A stretch of 57,305 nucleotides of DNA, filler included, from Sphacelaria rigidula (Eukaryota), in the NCBI GenBank assembly GCA_964200075.2. It is 8 parts of 8 records of this genome, joined end to end, with 100 filler letters (N's around TTAATTAATTAA, not from the genome) between each part and the next. Parts side by side here need not be neighbours in the genome. Positions count along the whole stretch, not along the records: positions 35,881 to 42,955 come from CAXNAA020016612.1; positions 43,056 to 50,130 come from CAXNAA020016613.1; positions 50,231 to 57,305 come from CAXNAA020016614.1; 5 more parts are not named here. The stretch is one strand, 5' to 3'. Of this stretch, positions 37,603 to 51,103 are shown one piece after another. The notes beneath the pieces were generated by a model. It worked only from the letters and a program-made list of their open reading frames with translations, had not been told where the DNA came from and did not search any database. Within the stretch, counting starts at the first letter, position 1. Each line of letters begins with the position of its first letter. Position numbers and translations under genes: made by a program.

Positions 37603-38345
37603 GGGAGGGGGGGTGTACTCATGATCATGCATGCCATAGTCATAAGACCATTGACCTCGCATCCCTACAATGCCGGGACAGAGCCCGCCGGGTTTTCGCC
37701 GGACCAAGCTTGCACTCAAACCACCAAGCGAGTTCCTGGGAGGGGGGGGGGAGGTCAACTCATGATCTTGCATGCCACGGTCATATGGCCATTGACCTCG
37801 AATCCCCTCAAAGCCAGGACGACGCTTGTCGTATTTTCGTCAGCCCAGGCTTGCAATCAAAACAACAAGCAGGGAGCGCCGTCATGTATTCGGTGAGTCG
37901 CATGAAGGGTGAGCTGCATCCTGATAAGATTGTTCCGCCCAAAGCGTACTGGTTACCTTGCATGCGGATGACAGCCTCCAATGAGTTGCTTCATTTTCTG
38001 GTAATGCCACTTCCAGAGGCAACCACGGCTTACACCCTGCCTAATGGGTGCCTCACCGTTTAAACGCCACGCAGGATGACCATCCCTTTTGCGCGGAATT
38101 GAGGTTCTCTCACCCCGCACAATGTGATATAGCTCGACCACCATCATGGTTACCGCAAAAAAAAAACGCAAGCGCGCAAAAGAAAACAGCAACCTGGTTG
38201 CCTAGTGTACGCAGTGAGTGGCGTGTTTTACAAGGTCATCGCCAACCGACGCCAACCCCATCGGAGTTCCGTCCCTACAAAGCCGGGGCGGAGCACGCCG
38301 GATTTTCGCCGGACCAGGCTCTGGGGGGGGAGGGGAGGGGGGCAA
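37603..38345 (-). mobile_element. Cluster of three SINE-like C-tract family pieces
   Basis: Homology to 23350-23664, with G-runs on + at 37603-37613, 37738-37754 and 38323-38342. Confidence 0.75.
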
Positions 38346-38560
38346 CGAAATCCTCTTGGACCGCTCGTGTTTCAAACTTGCAGCACTAGAGTGACACAGC
38401 AAAGCGAAACAAAAAGTGTGAGGAGGAAGGGAGAAAAAAATCCGAATTTCAGTCGAGAGCACGACGTGAGCTAAACCATGAAAGATTTAAACCGAACACA
38501 AGACGGGAATAGAAGAAAGATCACAGCTATCAGTGAGAAAAAAAACACAGACTTGCGCAC

Positions 38561-38719
38561 CTTGCCCTCGCCCCATTCACTCGGGGCTACCATGACAACG
38601 TACGTGGCCTGAACCCGTGCCGCGTGCTTGAAGTTAGCCTTGAGCTTGCGAATCTCGAGGACCAGGTCTGCCGACACTCCTGCCTTGCGTAGAGCACCCG
38701 CTACCTGAGTAGCTGGACC
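38561..38719 (-). CDS. HARS: Histidyl-tRNA synthetase, anticodon-binding-domain exon (partial gene)
   Basis: GPATQVAGALRKAGVSADLVLEIRKLKANFKHAARVQATYVVMVAPSEWGEGK matches the class IIa HGTP anticodon domain, HisRS-like. 159-nt phase 0-0 exon bounded by aag| and |gtgcgc. Confidence 0.8.
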
Positions 38720-39393
38720 CTTTTCTCGCCAGCAATTAGAGGGAACAGGCATGGGTAGTGCGCAGCGTAACATGTTGCATGCAACAAATCCTGAGCATGT
38801 CACTGATAAAGGGTGCTAGGCCGCGCGGGGCGTAGCGCCCGTTGTATTCTGATATATCTTGATACAAACTCGAATTGTCTGCATGAAGTGTTCATTTACT
38901 TTCTTCTATCCTCGGTCTGTGGTGCACAACGACAACCAGTAGTTACTTCGAGGCGTCCATGACGGTGCTGGCATCAACTGCTATCCAATACACCCCTGGC
39001 ATGTACAACACCGAGTGTTACACACGGCATCACGGCACAGTGCGTCCAAGACGGGAACCATTTCAGTCAGACATCGATTCAACTATTTTGTGAAACGTGC
39101 ACGGACGGCATGAAGAGCCGTCTCGCGATGAGGTGTCGTACACGGAAGGAGCTTCGTCGTGTCCACCAGCAATTCCATGTGGATTTGATAGAATGGTTGG
39201 AATCGGGATCTTGTATTCTTACAAGCAGGGTAACAATGTGGTGGTGAACGCAGGAAACGTTTTCTTCGCCGCAAAGAATTTTGGCTTCTGATATCCTGAA
39301 CGAAATTCTCATGTGTAGCGTTACTGCTAGTGGCGTCAAATTCCGAGATTAGTCATTCCAGCGTGGCGCACTCTGAAGTCAATACAAGAGCCG

Positions 39394-39742
39394 GTCGCCC
39401 CAATGCCTCTGTTGGTAACCTCGAAACCTTCTGACGTTTGGGACGTGTATTTGGATCTCGGTGAAGTCACACGATCTACGATTTGTTCTCACATGGTGCC
39501 CAATAGTGGAGAGCGACTATGCCGTGGGTATACAAAAAGAGGCTGCTGGACTCCTCTCGCGATAAAGAAAAGGCGGGCACAGCAGAAAGGAAGATGGAGT
39601 ACTGAAACGGAATCAAATAAAATAACTCCTGTGCTGATCTTCCTCCTGTGTGACCCCGGTGGATACGCCCACATATACCGTGAGGTGTAGACTAGCGTCC
39701 ACAAGAGATGGAATGACAACACCCACGCACACACCCACGCAC
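39394..39742 (+). mobile_element. tRNA-derived SINE, older copy
   Basis: gtcgcccc head with decayed A/B boxes; same body and 3' end as 8800-9160. Confidence 0.8.
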
Positions 39743-39805
39743 AAGAAACGACGTGTACCTTGTCTACTGTCAATGGAACCAGTACCGCCCGACAATGCCC
39801 CCCAG

Positions 39806-39946
39806 CCGCGAAGACTATCGTTTTGACGACAATTAATGCATCCAGATCGATGTCTCCGGTGACAGTCCCCCGCAAGACGGCTCACACGGACATGCTCGAC
39901 GACGATCTGGATGCATCAGTCGTCATCAAAACGATGGTCTTTGCGG
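39806..39946. other. 44-bp-stem hairpin (pre-miRNA-like or tiny MITE)
   Basis: Arms 39806-39849 and 39903-39946 are complementary, ungapped, with 6 transition differences. Confidence 0.55.
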
Positions 39947-40158
39947 ATCCCTATCGAGCAACGCAGTGATGACTAACGAGGGCGAGTAGATGGACGACGC
40001 CCCATGGCAGCGGGGAGAAGCAGCGGACGCGGGCCGCGGAGACTCGGTAACGGTATCGCCAGAAACGTTGGATGCAAGAAAATATCTGGTCCCCAAAAGG
40101 TACCATCTATAACCAATCATTAACATCTGGTACACAAATGCGACGAAACACTGTTTTT

Positions 40159-40573
40159 TAGAGCTCGGAAATGGTACCAGTTATAACTGGCTATTATCAT
40201 TATAATGGTAATAATGGTAGTGGTTATGTGGAAATTTCAGATAATGGTTTCGAACGATTATTTACCGTTAACGGCTTTATAAGCCGTTACCGGCTGCGTA
40301 TGCTACATGCAGCCCTTCAAAATTGGCCCAAACTCAACATTTTTCTTAGCTCTAGAGAAGCCAAATCACGTAAAACGTGCCTCCCGCATGGCGCCTCCAG
40401 CGGGGGCCTCCGGGGGCGCCTCCGGCGAGGACCCCTCTGCCGAGGGGGGCTTTTTGGCTCGCGGCTGCGTTGCTCGACGACCAAACCATTACGTACCAGT
40501 TAACTGGTCAATGAGTGCGCTACGCGTGAACATTCAACTGGTTAATGGTTAGACAAACCATTTCCGAGCTCTA
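40159..40573. mobile_element. hAT-family MITE, 415 bp
   Basis: Perfect 17-bp TIR TAGAGCTCGGAAATGGT and perfect 8-bp TSD CTGTTTTT (40151-40158, 40574-40581). Confidence 0.93.
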
Positions 40574-42346
40574 CTGTTTTTGCTCAGCACCTTGACGCAC
40601 ATCTGCGGATATGTGCTGCACCCGTGCCTTGAAAAAACATACGGAAAAAAAACACATTCCCACATTCTCGCCCCATACGGTCATGCGCAAGAGAACGGTT
40701 GTCCATCGAAACCCGCTGTACCCAATGGAGGCCAGATTTCTACAAGGTGCGCCCGATGTGGTCCTTCTTGCTCTAAAATAATTGCTCGGAGCGACATTTT
40801 ACCTTTTCGGGTACTACTTTATTGCGTAATCAGAGCACGTATTTAGCTACCCAACGCGTACGATAGCAGAACCAACCATGGACCCTGCCAAATCGATTCT
40901 TCAACCACGTAATATTGCTGTTTACAGATAAATACAGCAACGACCAAGCTCGGCGTGTTACTTCGAAGAAATATTTTCGAGTTCGCCCGCGCTCGGCGCC
41001 AGTGATGGGGGAAACGCACCTTGTCGGCGTCTTCGGGGGAGTTACGCGGCGGTTTTGTGTTCTTGTTTGGAGGCACTTTCCACCACCAACAGATATGTCC
41101 GAGAAATGAACGGTTCTTCTCGTGCCGGAACAAATCATTGGTGTCGCCCAGCACCACTTTTCTCTATCTCGAGATAGGGCGTACAGTCGAGAGCGTGCTC
41201 TTCGTGGCAATCGTCAGCACTTTAGTTATGCCCGTGAATGGGGCCCGATTTTCGGCACTATATACCGGGGAAATGGACCAAGCAACTACACAGTCAGTTG
41301 AATGCAGAAGAAACGAAACCTAAATGAGCCAATCAGTATCCATCACAAGTACACGCGTCACTCGAAATGACGACGGCGCCCATAGAAAACGTAATATTGC
41401 TATAGTACATTCTACAACACACCTGTAACTGACGTTGGTGTGCACCTTTACACAGGGTAACAACAGGAGGAGGGTAGAAGCTGCTGCTCGTGTTGTTGTT
41501 GTGCCTCTCTTGTTGCAGTTTGTTGTTTTGATTATCTTTCAACTCACATTTCTCGGCGACGAAGCAGACGATTGGACTGCGGTTTGATTCATGCGCTTCC
41601 CACACACAACAACTACTCAGTGTAGCAGCAGGTTTTCATAACGCGTGCCGCGGAGGCCGCACCACTTTGCGAACCGCTGCACCAAACACGAAATAAACTA
41701 CACGCGTTTCCTCGAGCGTTTTGAGGCTTTTCGGATCCGCTGTGGCGAATTGAGCAACTCTGCCGCCACACTGAATCGGTTTGGTGTGTGTGCGGGAGGC
41801 TGTGAAATGCCACAGGCCGGTTTGCTTCCTGTCTCGAGAAATATGCGATGAAAAACTTACAGCTGTCGCATACTGAACCTAGACAACTTGGGATGAAGCG
41901 TGTGTTATGTTCGGCAGAGGTTCGGCACAGGTTTGGCACAGGGCCGACCAGTCTATGACGTCTTCAATACATCTTCAATGTCCCTCCGGGCCCATTTTAT
42001 TTCTGTTGGACAACGGATTTTTGGTCGGTAAGGCCTTCATTCACGGGCATAACTGTAGGATGTCTATATGGTTTCCCCCAAAAAACAGGTTTGGTTTTTC
42101 CATTAATTACCCTGGCTTAACTTGTGCACAAAGTATTCGCCGGACGACCACTTCCCCTGACATGACCGAATGGAGCGAGAATGTGTTTTTTCGAGGGGGG
42201 TCTCCACATCACGGGTGTAGCACACTTCCACAATCAATGCGCGTCGGAAATTCCGAGCACAACCGGTGCTCTCAGCGGGTGTGTATCAAGTGTGCGTGCT
42301 TGGTCATAAATAGTACCTTTTGGGGGGCGGGGGGAATACGTGGAGG

Positions 42347-42947
42347 TACGAGCTAGGCCAGCGGTAAATCCCGCATTTGCATGTCACACCATAGCTTATC
42401 GAGTTTTCTAAATCAGCCGGACTTGAGTATATCGGTGTGACCTGCAGACCAACGTGATAATGCACGAGACCGCCGCTGAATGAAAAAAAAAAGTGTACTG
42501 AATGATGTGACACCTAACCGACGGAACAAAAAAAAAGAATCCGTCGGGATTTGAACTCGTGAACTCCATAACTGGAGTCAACTGCCATCACTTGGATTTA
42601 AGGAGCGCAGCCGTGCCAAACGAAAAGTTGGATGCTGCGTCAAACTTCTGGAATTTTTGGCCGAAATTGCACCAGGATCTCCTCCACACAAGGACGCAAA
42701 ACTACACCAGGGATCACCCCGTATTTCTTTATTTCACGGAGTTATAGCAGTTTTCTAGTTTTTGCAGAAACTTCAAATCGCTCTAGATTTTCGTTTTGTT
42801 TTGTGTTGTTTTTCTTGGCATCTCCAGGAAGGTTGTGCGTAGTGATGATAGAAATGATGTGTCAAAATTTCAGCACCCAATGCTTCGGATTACCCACCGC
42901 CCGGCCCGGATACATTCGCAAATCACTGTCAGCTGGCCCAGTTCGTA
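42347..42947. mobile_element. Tc1/mariner-type MITE
   Basis: tacgagctaggccagc ... gctggcccagttcgta; homolog of 4519-5123. Confidence 0.8.
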
Positions 42948-45900
42948 CATCTTTTNNNNNNNNNNNNNNNNNNNNNNNNNNNNNNNNNNNNNNNNNNNNT
43001 TAATTAATTAANNNNNNNNNNNNNNNNNNNNNNNNNNNNNNNNNNNNNNNNNNNNCTGTTTGAGGCTTCAACCTCATCTCGGAGTTAAACCTCAATTCGT
43101 ATAGTTTGTTGTTAATACTAGTTCGGTGTAGTGTGTGGTCAAGTCTTCTTCTGTACACCAGCGAGCTGTGTTGGTCCGATAGCTTCGCTTTTCTCGTCTT
43201 GCTACTGTACCTTCTCTAGTGCTTGCGCTCGCGGCACACACGTTTGCTTTTCCCGACACTGAACGGCACGTCTCGTCGGAACACCAGGGTTCTTCTCTTG
43301 TCTGTTGCTCGCGGAGATGTTTGGAGAGCGGCGTGCCAAGTATATATTACGGAAGAGAAGCACTCGGTGTTATCGGTCGTGATGGTATGCGATTTTTGGT
43401 AAGGGTATGCGTGGCGTGACTGCCATTCGGTTCACATACGCGGTAGGTACTCTTCTTGTCCAAGTTTACATTGTTGTGGTTGCCTCAGCGGCCACTAGTG
43501 GCGGCGTGGAGGCATCTCTCGTGTTTCGCTCGCGGCAACTACCCCCTGCATGCGACTCAAATATCCTGATGTTGACTGACGCTAGCACATGAACCTTTTT
43601 TTCGCATGAATTCTTGGGAGTGTCTTCCGCCGCGCAAGCTATTAAAGTTCGACCGCATCTCGACCTAATTGGGCTCATCGCAAGCCAGCGGAAACTCCTC
43701 AAAGCGGCCCGCTCGGAATGTGTCGGCGACATTGCAAATCACGTGTCGAAACTTGAGGTCCCAACTCAAAAATATGACTTATACGCGACGACGGTCAAAC
43801 ATTTTGCGCCAGGATCGCTGGGCATACGATATTACATATAATGATGAGATTCGGCGACAACTTTGCAACGGCGATGAATCATGGAATCAGATGCTCACCG
43901 CCTTTCTTCTTACCTCGGAACATGATTTGTTCTCATAAGAAACTTCCAACACAAGAAGCTGATGGAAGGCAAGTGCAAACACAGAGGCGCGAGTTTCACG
44001 ACACTAACTTGGCGAATTCCCAAGCTGGATGGCGGCGCGTGACAGCCTCAACTTGCCCCAGTACAACGATATACTGTATGGTCGGCTCACCAGGACTTGG
44101 TGCCGTTCCAAAATACGACCGTCAGCCAGACACGGGGTGACTTTCTGTGCCGGCCCAGCTTGTAGCCGTCTGCTGTAAGCAATTCCTATTTGGGAAACTT
44201 CGACTCGACAGTTTCGAACGAAAAAAACGATCGAAGCTGAAGTTGGGTTGAATTCTTAAAGCCACACTTGATCAGTCTGAATGACTCTGTAGTTGTGATT
44301 GGTGCTCAGTCATATGTTATTTTGAGCATTAGGTTGCATCTCGTTCCCACTTTGTTGGAAAATACTTTTTCGCAGAGGCGTTGTTTTGTCGGGATGACAA
44401 CATGAGAATGAATATTTACTTCGGTGTTTGATCGGTCACGCAGTTCTCCCCCCCCCCCTCGCCCGCACTAAACCAAGCAATTTATATATACAGCTCCCCT
44501 ACTACACGAAACAAATTCAGGCAAATCTAGGTATTGCCAGACGTTTTATAGTTCCTAATAGTCATATGAGCCGTTGGAGTATTCCCTTCTCGTTGCAGGG
44601 AAGCAATGTTGCTCGTGGGTTCTCGTGCTGTCTTGTGGGCAAACCTCGGCACCTTCAAACGGTGGTGAAATGACACAGACACGACCATCATTTCGTGCTT
44701 TGTAGCCATTACCCACCTTGGGTGTTGGTGCTGTACACTGTGAAATGCTGCGTCGTGTTGGGTGATGTCTAGGTGGTTCGGGCGCCTGAGACTAGTATCC
44801 TCTTTCCGCTCAGCGCTTGCAAAATGGCTGAGCATTGCTGTCGAAACTTTCACTCCCATTTCCGCATCTGGAACGATACGGTGTGGCCATCACTAGCGGA
44901 CATTGTCGTCGGAATCATTAGTTTCGTCACATGCCAGAGCTATTTCGCCACCTTTGCGCCCCATGAGAGCCCAAAGGCTGCAAATATCGGGTCATCAAAT
45001 GCAAATATTTGACGCCTTTGGGTTATGTTGGAGTGCGACAAAGTAGGGAAATCTGTATCTGACAACATCTGACTTAATCCGCACATTAAGGGTGCCGCGT
45101 CTGCTAGAAATGGCGGGCGTGGTGTATCCCAAATTTCGCAGAAATGGCTCATGGTAATTCGAGTTGGCTCGTCCTTCATTTTGGGCAGATCTGGGTGCAC
45201 GCAATATTGTGGCTGAAGACTATGCCCTACAAACGAGAATTACGAGAGAGTTGTGGAGCGTTTGTTATCAGCGTACAAAATACCTCATCGTGCACGAAGA
45301 TTTTGCAACCCTCTTTTTCTTTGCATGTACAACATGCAGAGAACTCGGAGGGGCGAGAAAGCTGTGAACAAATCTCTACAAATGACGTTCACTAAATATT
45401 GCCACACAGCCGATTTCCCCTACTGTTGCACCCCACAAGAACCCCATCCGCCCTGTCCAGACTTCACGGGAACATTTACGCCCCTCCCCCCCCGTGAAAT
45501 AATCGAGTATACAGGCTCGCCATGGTAATTACACAAAACAAAGTGTCTACGACGCAAATAGGACCAACAGCAGCAGAGAAAAATAGCGTAAGAGGTAGAT
45601 TCCCTGTGGCCGCATAGCCCACCCGGAGTGCGTCGCGTGCTCTGATCGTATTCTCATCGCTTCACTTATCCTAGGACACCGCGTACGGCCCGGTGGTGAT
45701 ACCTGTTGACGACTCGGGGTACAAGAAGTCAAGATACCCGAATTCTTGTCTAATCGCGATGAAAACTGCTGGACGACGCAAAGCTGGTATCAAGACGGGA
45801 ACAACGCGATACCTGTTTTGGCTCATCAGTCGCAGCCGTTCGGAAGTAATGACCACGACAGATAGTGGGAGCATATCTATAATAATTGAGACTTAAGGAA

Positions 45901-48900
45901 ACGTGTTGCTTTTGTGACAGCATATTAATAGCTTTTGTCGGGCACATACCTCGTGAAGTACGAAGACCTTCGTCGAAGACCCTTTTCTTGTTACGGAACA
46001 CGTGCGAAACTCAACACGCTGAGCGAACTATTGCGAGTTTTCCAACATGTCTAACTAATTCATGACACACATACGCTGACAAGCTTACGCTGATGGAAAA
46101 ACGTATTTCGGAAACTCTTTTTACGTCGCGTATTGGACTGCCTCGCCGTTGGAAAACATTACGGAGAGTTTTGGAAACCCTTCTTGTATTCTCCGCGAAT
46201 ATTTCATGTATTTGACTCTATCGAAACACATGTTCCCCCCTTCCACAGATATGAAGCACGAAATCTGAAAGAAATAATGCAAGCTTTTGAAAGTGTCAAA
46301 TCCATGAGATACGCGCTCACGAAACCTACGCTGAAAACAAAGGAAAGCGTTTCCGAAAGTCTCGAACATATCTCGGGTTGCTCACTTGAGGTTTGATAGC
46401 TAGGGCCTGAACATTTCGAGGCGAGAACGAGCGCACCGATCAAAGAGAAGGCGGTTTGTCCATTCGAGACAAGAGAGGAGATTCACTTCGGAAGTGCGCT
46501 CATCCCTTGGAGTGTGAGAGGAGGTCATCTGCCCATGCAGTTATTTTCCAAGTGACATTGATGTTGACTCAACGCTGGGAAAAGACGAGTGAAGACATCC
46601 CTGGCGAGGGCCTCCAAATGGTCAATACGCTCCTCTCCTCACACTTTCAGGTCTAAATCTCAAACTTTGGGTGAACAGTCAGTCGCTGGAGACACCTTCC
46701 CATGTGGCGCTATTATTAGTACTGTAGTGGGATCAGCTTGTGCAACTGTATAGTACAGTAATGCGTGGACACGTTTACGAAGAAGTATCCATCGGCCTTG
46801 ACGGACGACAAGGGGATAGCAATAGCGAAGACAACCGCCTACGCACTCCCTGGAGCCGCTGCCGATGGTGGTTCTCGAGCACTCCTGGAAAGTGCTGCCA
46901 ATATTTTCGATTTCCACCGCCACATCCTCTATACTTCCGCTACGTGACTGGCTCTGGTCGCCGTCCGACTGATGGTCTGTAGTGGTGGGGTTCACCGTCG
47001 ACTCGGGACACTGGCTGGCTCATCCAAATTTCTAAAGCGTGTAGTGGTTGTCAACAGCTACCAGCAGATGACGGAATGAAACCATATCTCAAATAATTTT
47101 TGTGGATGCGGAGATTCGAATTTTAGTCCTCCTGGATTTCATCCTCAATGAAACTCCATCCTCAATTTCGATGATCAGCTGTTACGGCCAAGCGGCGAAA
47201 AAATGTGCTTTTCAACTGTCGCTATGTGCGAACGGTGGACAAGCGAGGTGAAACAGTATACCTGTTCGTCTCTGTCGCAAAACTGTCGAAGGAACAGCCC
47301 GTCACCAATTGGACCACGCTGTGTAAGCTGTGCAAGCAGGTACTAATGTTTGGACGTATGGCACGCGCCACGGTGGAAAATAGGGTCGGCGCGTCGGCGC
47401 GTAGCGAGCTCTGAGGCGTTTCGGATGATCAGCGACTTGCAACCGATTTTGACGTTGGAGGCCACCGATGCAAGGGGGCATTGCGAACATTGATTCGGAA
47501 CCAAACCGAGTCTGTGACACCACCTTACAGCGCGTCAAATCTTATCTCCCATGTACAAGGGAGGAAGGCGGAGCCAAGATGGCGAAGGCGGGGTCTTGGA
47601 CAACAAGAGTGGAACTCGTAAAGTAGTACATCAGGTCTGCGGATTCGAGGTTCCGATGAATTTGGGCCTGATGCAGTTTTGAATGAAGTCAACATTCAAA
47701 TAATGTTGACATAACATCTGCAACATGATAATTGAATGGTACTTATCATGACCATGTGGCAAGAGTGTGCTCTGGGTGCATCACGTCTACTGCAGCATCC
47801 CCGTCGCGAAATCCACCTTTTCGGAGGACGTTGATGTGCCAGAAAGGAAGGGAGAGCGAGCTAAAATGACGCGTGACCCTCGCTTACTTTGGCCTTGGGT
47901 GGTCGAGCAACGCTACAGTAGGGGTGCACTCTTTGCCCAAAATCTTGTCTGGTCCAGGGGCTTCCCTAAAGATTTTTGATGCGCAAGAATATGGGTCAGG
48001 GCATCTCCCTTTGAAAATTCATTCGAGATGTCCCTAGCACGTTGAACAAGTAATCCTGGCGTGCTCTCACATATTTCATAAGACGTGTTTTGGACGAGAT
48101 AAAGAGCCCCTAACAATTCCAACCTCATCAACAGATTGCGCACCCCTACCGTAGCATCACTCGGTCCCTGCAGGGGGGGCTCATGGAGGTCGATGGCTGA
48201 CGCCGGAAGCCCGCTGGCCGAATCCGCGCGTAGCGATGATCCAGTCGGAGGCACATTTCACCCGTAGTATGAACCACCGCGTCGCTGCTGAATACGGAGA
48301 TAAGTTCGCCCTGCCCCTTAGCGACGACATTGCAGAGGGTGAAGGTGTACATGTGCCGAAGCGGGGGGGAGGCTTTTGTACTCACCGCTTTCGAAACGCC
48401 TCTAAAGCGGAAGTTCGGGGAAAAGAGGGAATGGCGGCGCAAAATGGGACGCAAAACTGCCGGGGAATTGATGGGAAAACTACGGAAGGTACGACAGCAC
48501 CTTATATTTCGGTATGGTAGATTGAATTAGCACTCACGCACCGGGTCGCCTATCGTCAGACTTAGCAAACCGGAGCTCGGAATGTGGAAAGGACCAACGC
48601 ACATGGCATAAAGGATAGTAGCGAGGTCATCAGTGAGCGGGGGAGTGAAGACAACCACACAGATGAACAAAGGGGAGAAGAAGACGAAGGAGAGGAGGAG
48701 GAGGAATCGAGCGAAGACGCGGACGTGAGACGAGCAAAAAGCTCATCAGGTAGGTCCTTTTTGGGCGAAAGCACAGGGTGGCTGGCAGAAAAGCTGTCGC
48801 GTCCCCCACTCTCCAGCGCGGGCGGGCGCATTCAGCGGAAAAAGACGGTGCCTTACGATTGGCCAAGCCTTATTGGTCCAAGTATTGGTGCGGATGATGA

Positions 48901-50326
48901 TGCGATCGATAAATCAGGTCTCGTGCTGTATGCTACATGTATGAACGAACCGTGTACGAATGGTGCAAGGTATTGCTCGCGAAGCATTCTTGTTCGGGAT
49001 CCACACACACATGACAAAACCCCATGATGTGACAGTTTCCATCAAGGCTCACATGGCCCACACTATAATCCATTGAGGGTGTATTACTCAACTTTGACCG
49101 TACGTCAGATAATGCTCTTCCGGCTGGAATTACGCCAATTTTCTCCAGCAGCAGTTGGCGCTCGAACATTGCCACGTTTTTTCAAGCATGTTACGATATG
49201 ATACTCCCACTGATTTTTCTTCAAGCACGTCAAAAACGGTACAAAAGGGGTAGCATCAAAGGATCGCGCAAGTTCCTGCATGAGTTCCACCACATTCATG
49301 GCAAGTGGCTGCGGGTCAGACGAACGCGCCTCGCCCCCTCGCCTTCGACCGCTTCCGTCGCCATACGCACATGTTTTTTTCTACTCCACATATGTTGAAC
49401 TGAAACGTACAACTTCCATTCGTGCGTCTAGGGTGTGCCCCGCGATTAACGGTGACTTGATCCTTTCCTCGCACCAGAAGTTGGTTGAGGCGCGCGCGAG
49501 GGGGTATCGGGATGGAGGAGGGGGTTCGCCAAATTCGATCCAGGGCTCCCCTTTGCTCTACTTGAAAGAAAGGGTTACAATCTGACTTCAACGAATGTAC
49601 TGCGAGATGTGCTTGCGAGACATACAAAAACTTGCGTTCGGTTCCGTGCCGTTTTCTGACGTACGCGGTATACCTACGCGCTGGGAGAAACGCATCCACA
49701 GCCCAGCATCGAAAATGAGTCAGTTTTGAAATTGATGCAAGTACTTTCGGAAGTCCGTGTGGTAAATCCCGCACAAGTGCAGAAAGCGTGTGAAGCAAAC
49801 CACCCGGGCTTCCCAAACTGATATTTCCATCAAAAACATCGACGTATCTCAGCAACACAAGCCCTTGATTTCTTATTCAATATTAGCTCGAGAATAATCA
49901 CAGTGATGCCGCGATAACCCCTGCCCAACCATTCCCATAACTGTCACGGAGAAAATGATCATTCAGCGCACGATATCTTGTTTTAGACTGCATGAAGCGC
50001 CTACTATGGGCGACATTGGCGGAAACGATCCCAAGACTGGGAGTTCTCACCTGCTCAGTGTGCTCGGTTTCTATCGTTTTGGTTAATATGGAGATTTTGA
50101 CTCCTCAAAGCGACCACTTTTCTGGGGGGGNNNNNNNNNNNNNNNNNNNNNNNNNNNNNNNNNNNNNNNNNNNNTTAATTAATTAANNNNNNNNNNNNNN
50201 NNNNNNNNNNNNNNNNNNNNNNNNNNNNNNGGGGGGAGTGCAAAACTGGAACATGTGTCACCACTCGGTGAATCGGACGAGCTATGCCAGTCAAGTAGAA
50301 CCCCGAAAAAAAAATGAGGACTGTAC

Positions 50327-51021
50327 CTCAAGACAGCCAAAGCAGACCCGCCGCAGCCCTCTCCCGCACAAGCAAACAACGCCGCGGTGTGCTCATAGAC
50401 TCCGACCTCAAGCCCCAGATCCTCAAGCCTCTTCAGAGCTACAACCGCCGCCGCACCCGCGTGGCAGCCGGATCCTTGCCTCCCCGCAGCTGCTTCTACC
50501 GCTCCTGATGTTGTGGATGATGACCTTGTATGCACTACCCCTGGTGCTCCCGCTGCTGTCTGCTTTTTCCCCGTTGGTGTTGGTATTGATGCCTCTGCAT
50601 TTGCTGTCGCTGCAGCCGAAGCTTCTGGAAGATGACCAGGATTTGGCGGTGATCCCGACGCCGCAGCTCCATCGGACGAGGAAGCGATGCCGGGTCCCGG
50701 AACATTGTCTCCATCTCCTTCCATCGGCACAGGGACAAAAGAAATATCGTAATCGTCCCCGTCGTCTACATCATCACTGACGATGACAGCTTCCGTCATC
50801 AGGTCTGGTGATACTGGTACTGGGCTCCGCGGCGCGCTTTCTGCCAGCGTTGACTGCGCTCTAACGTACATGACCTGGAAATGACGACACGAAGAACAAA
50901 TGAAATTGTTTTTGTTATTGTTGTTACTATGGCCATCACTATCATTATTATCATCATCATTGGCATCGACATTATTGTCATCATGTTACTATGATCATGA
51001 TCATGATTATTATCATTATCA

Positions 51022-51103
<82 letters not shown>

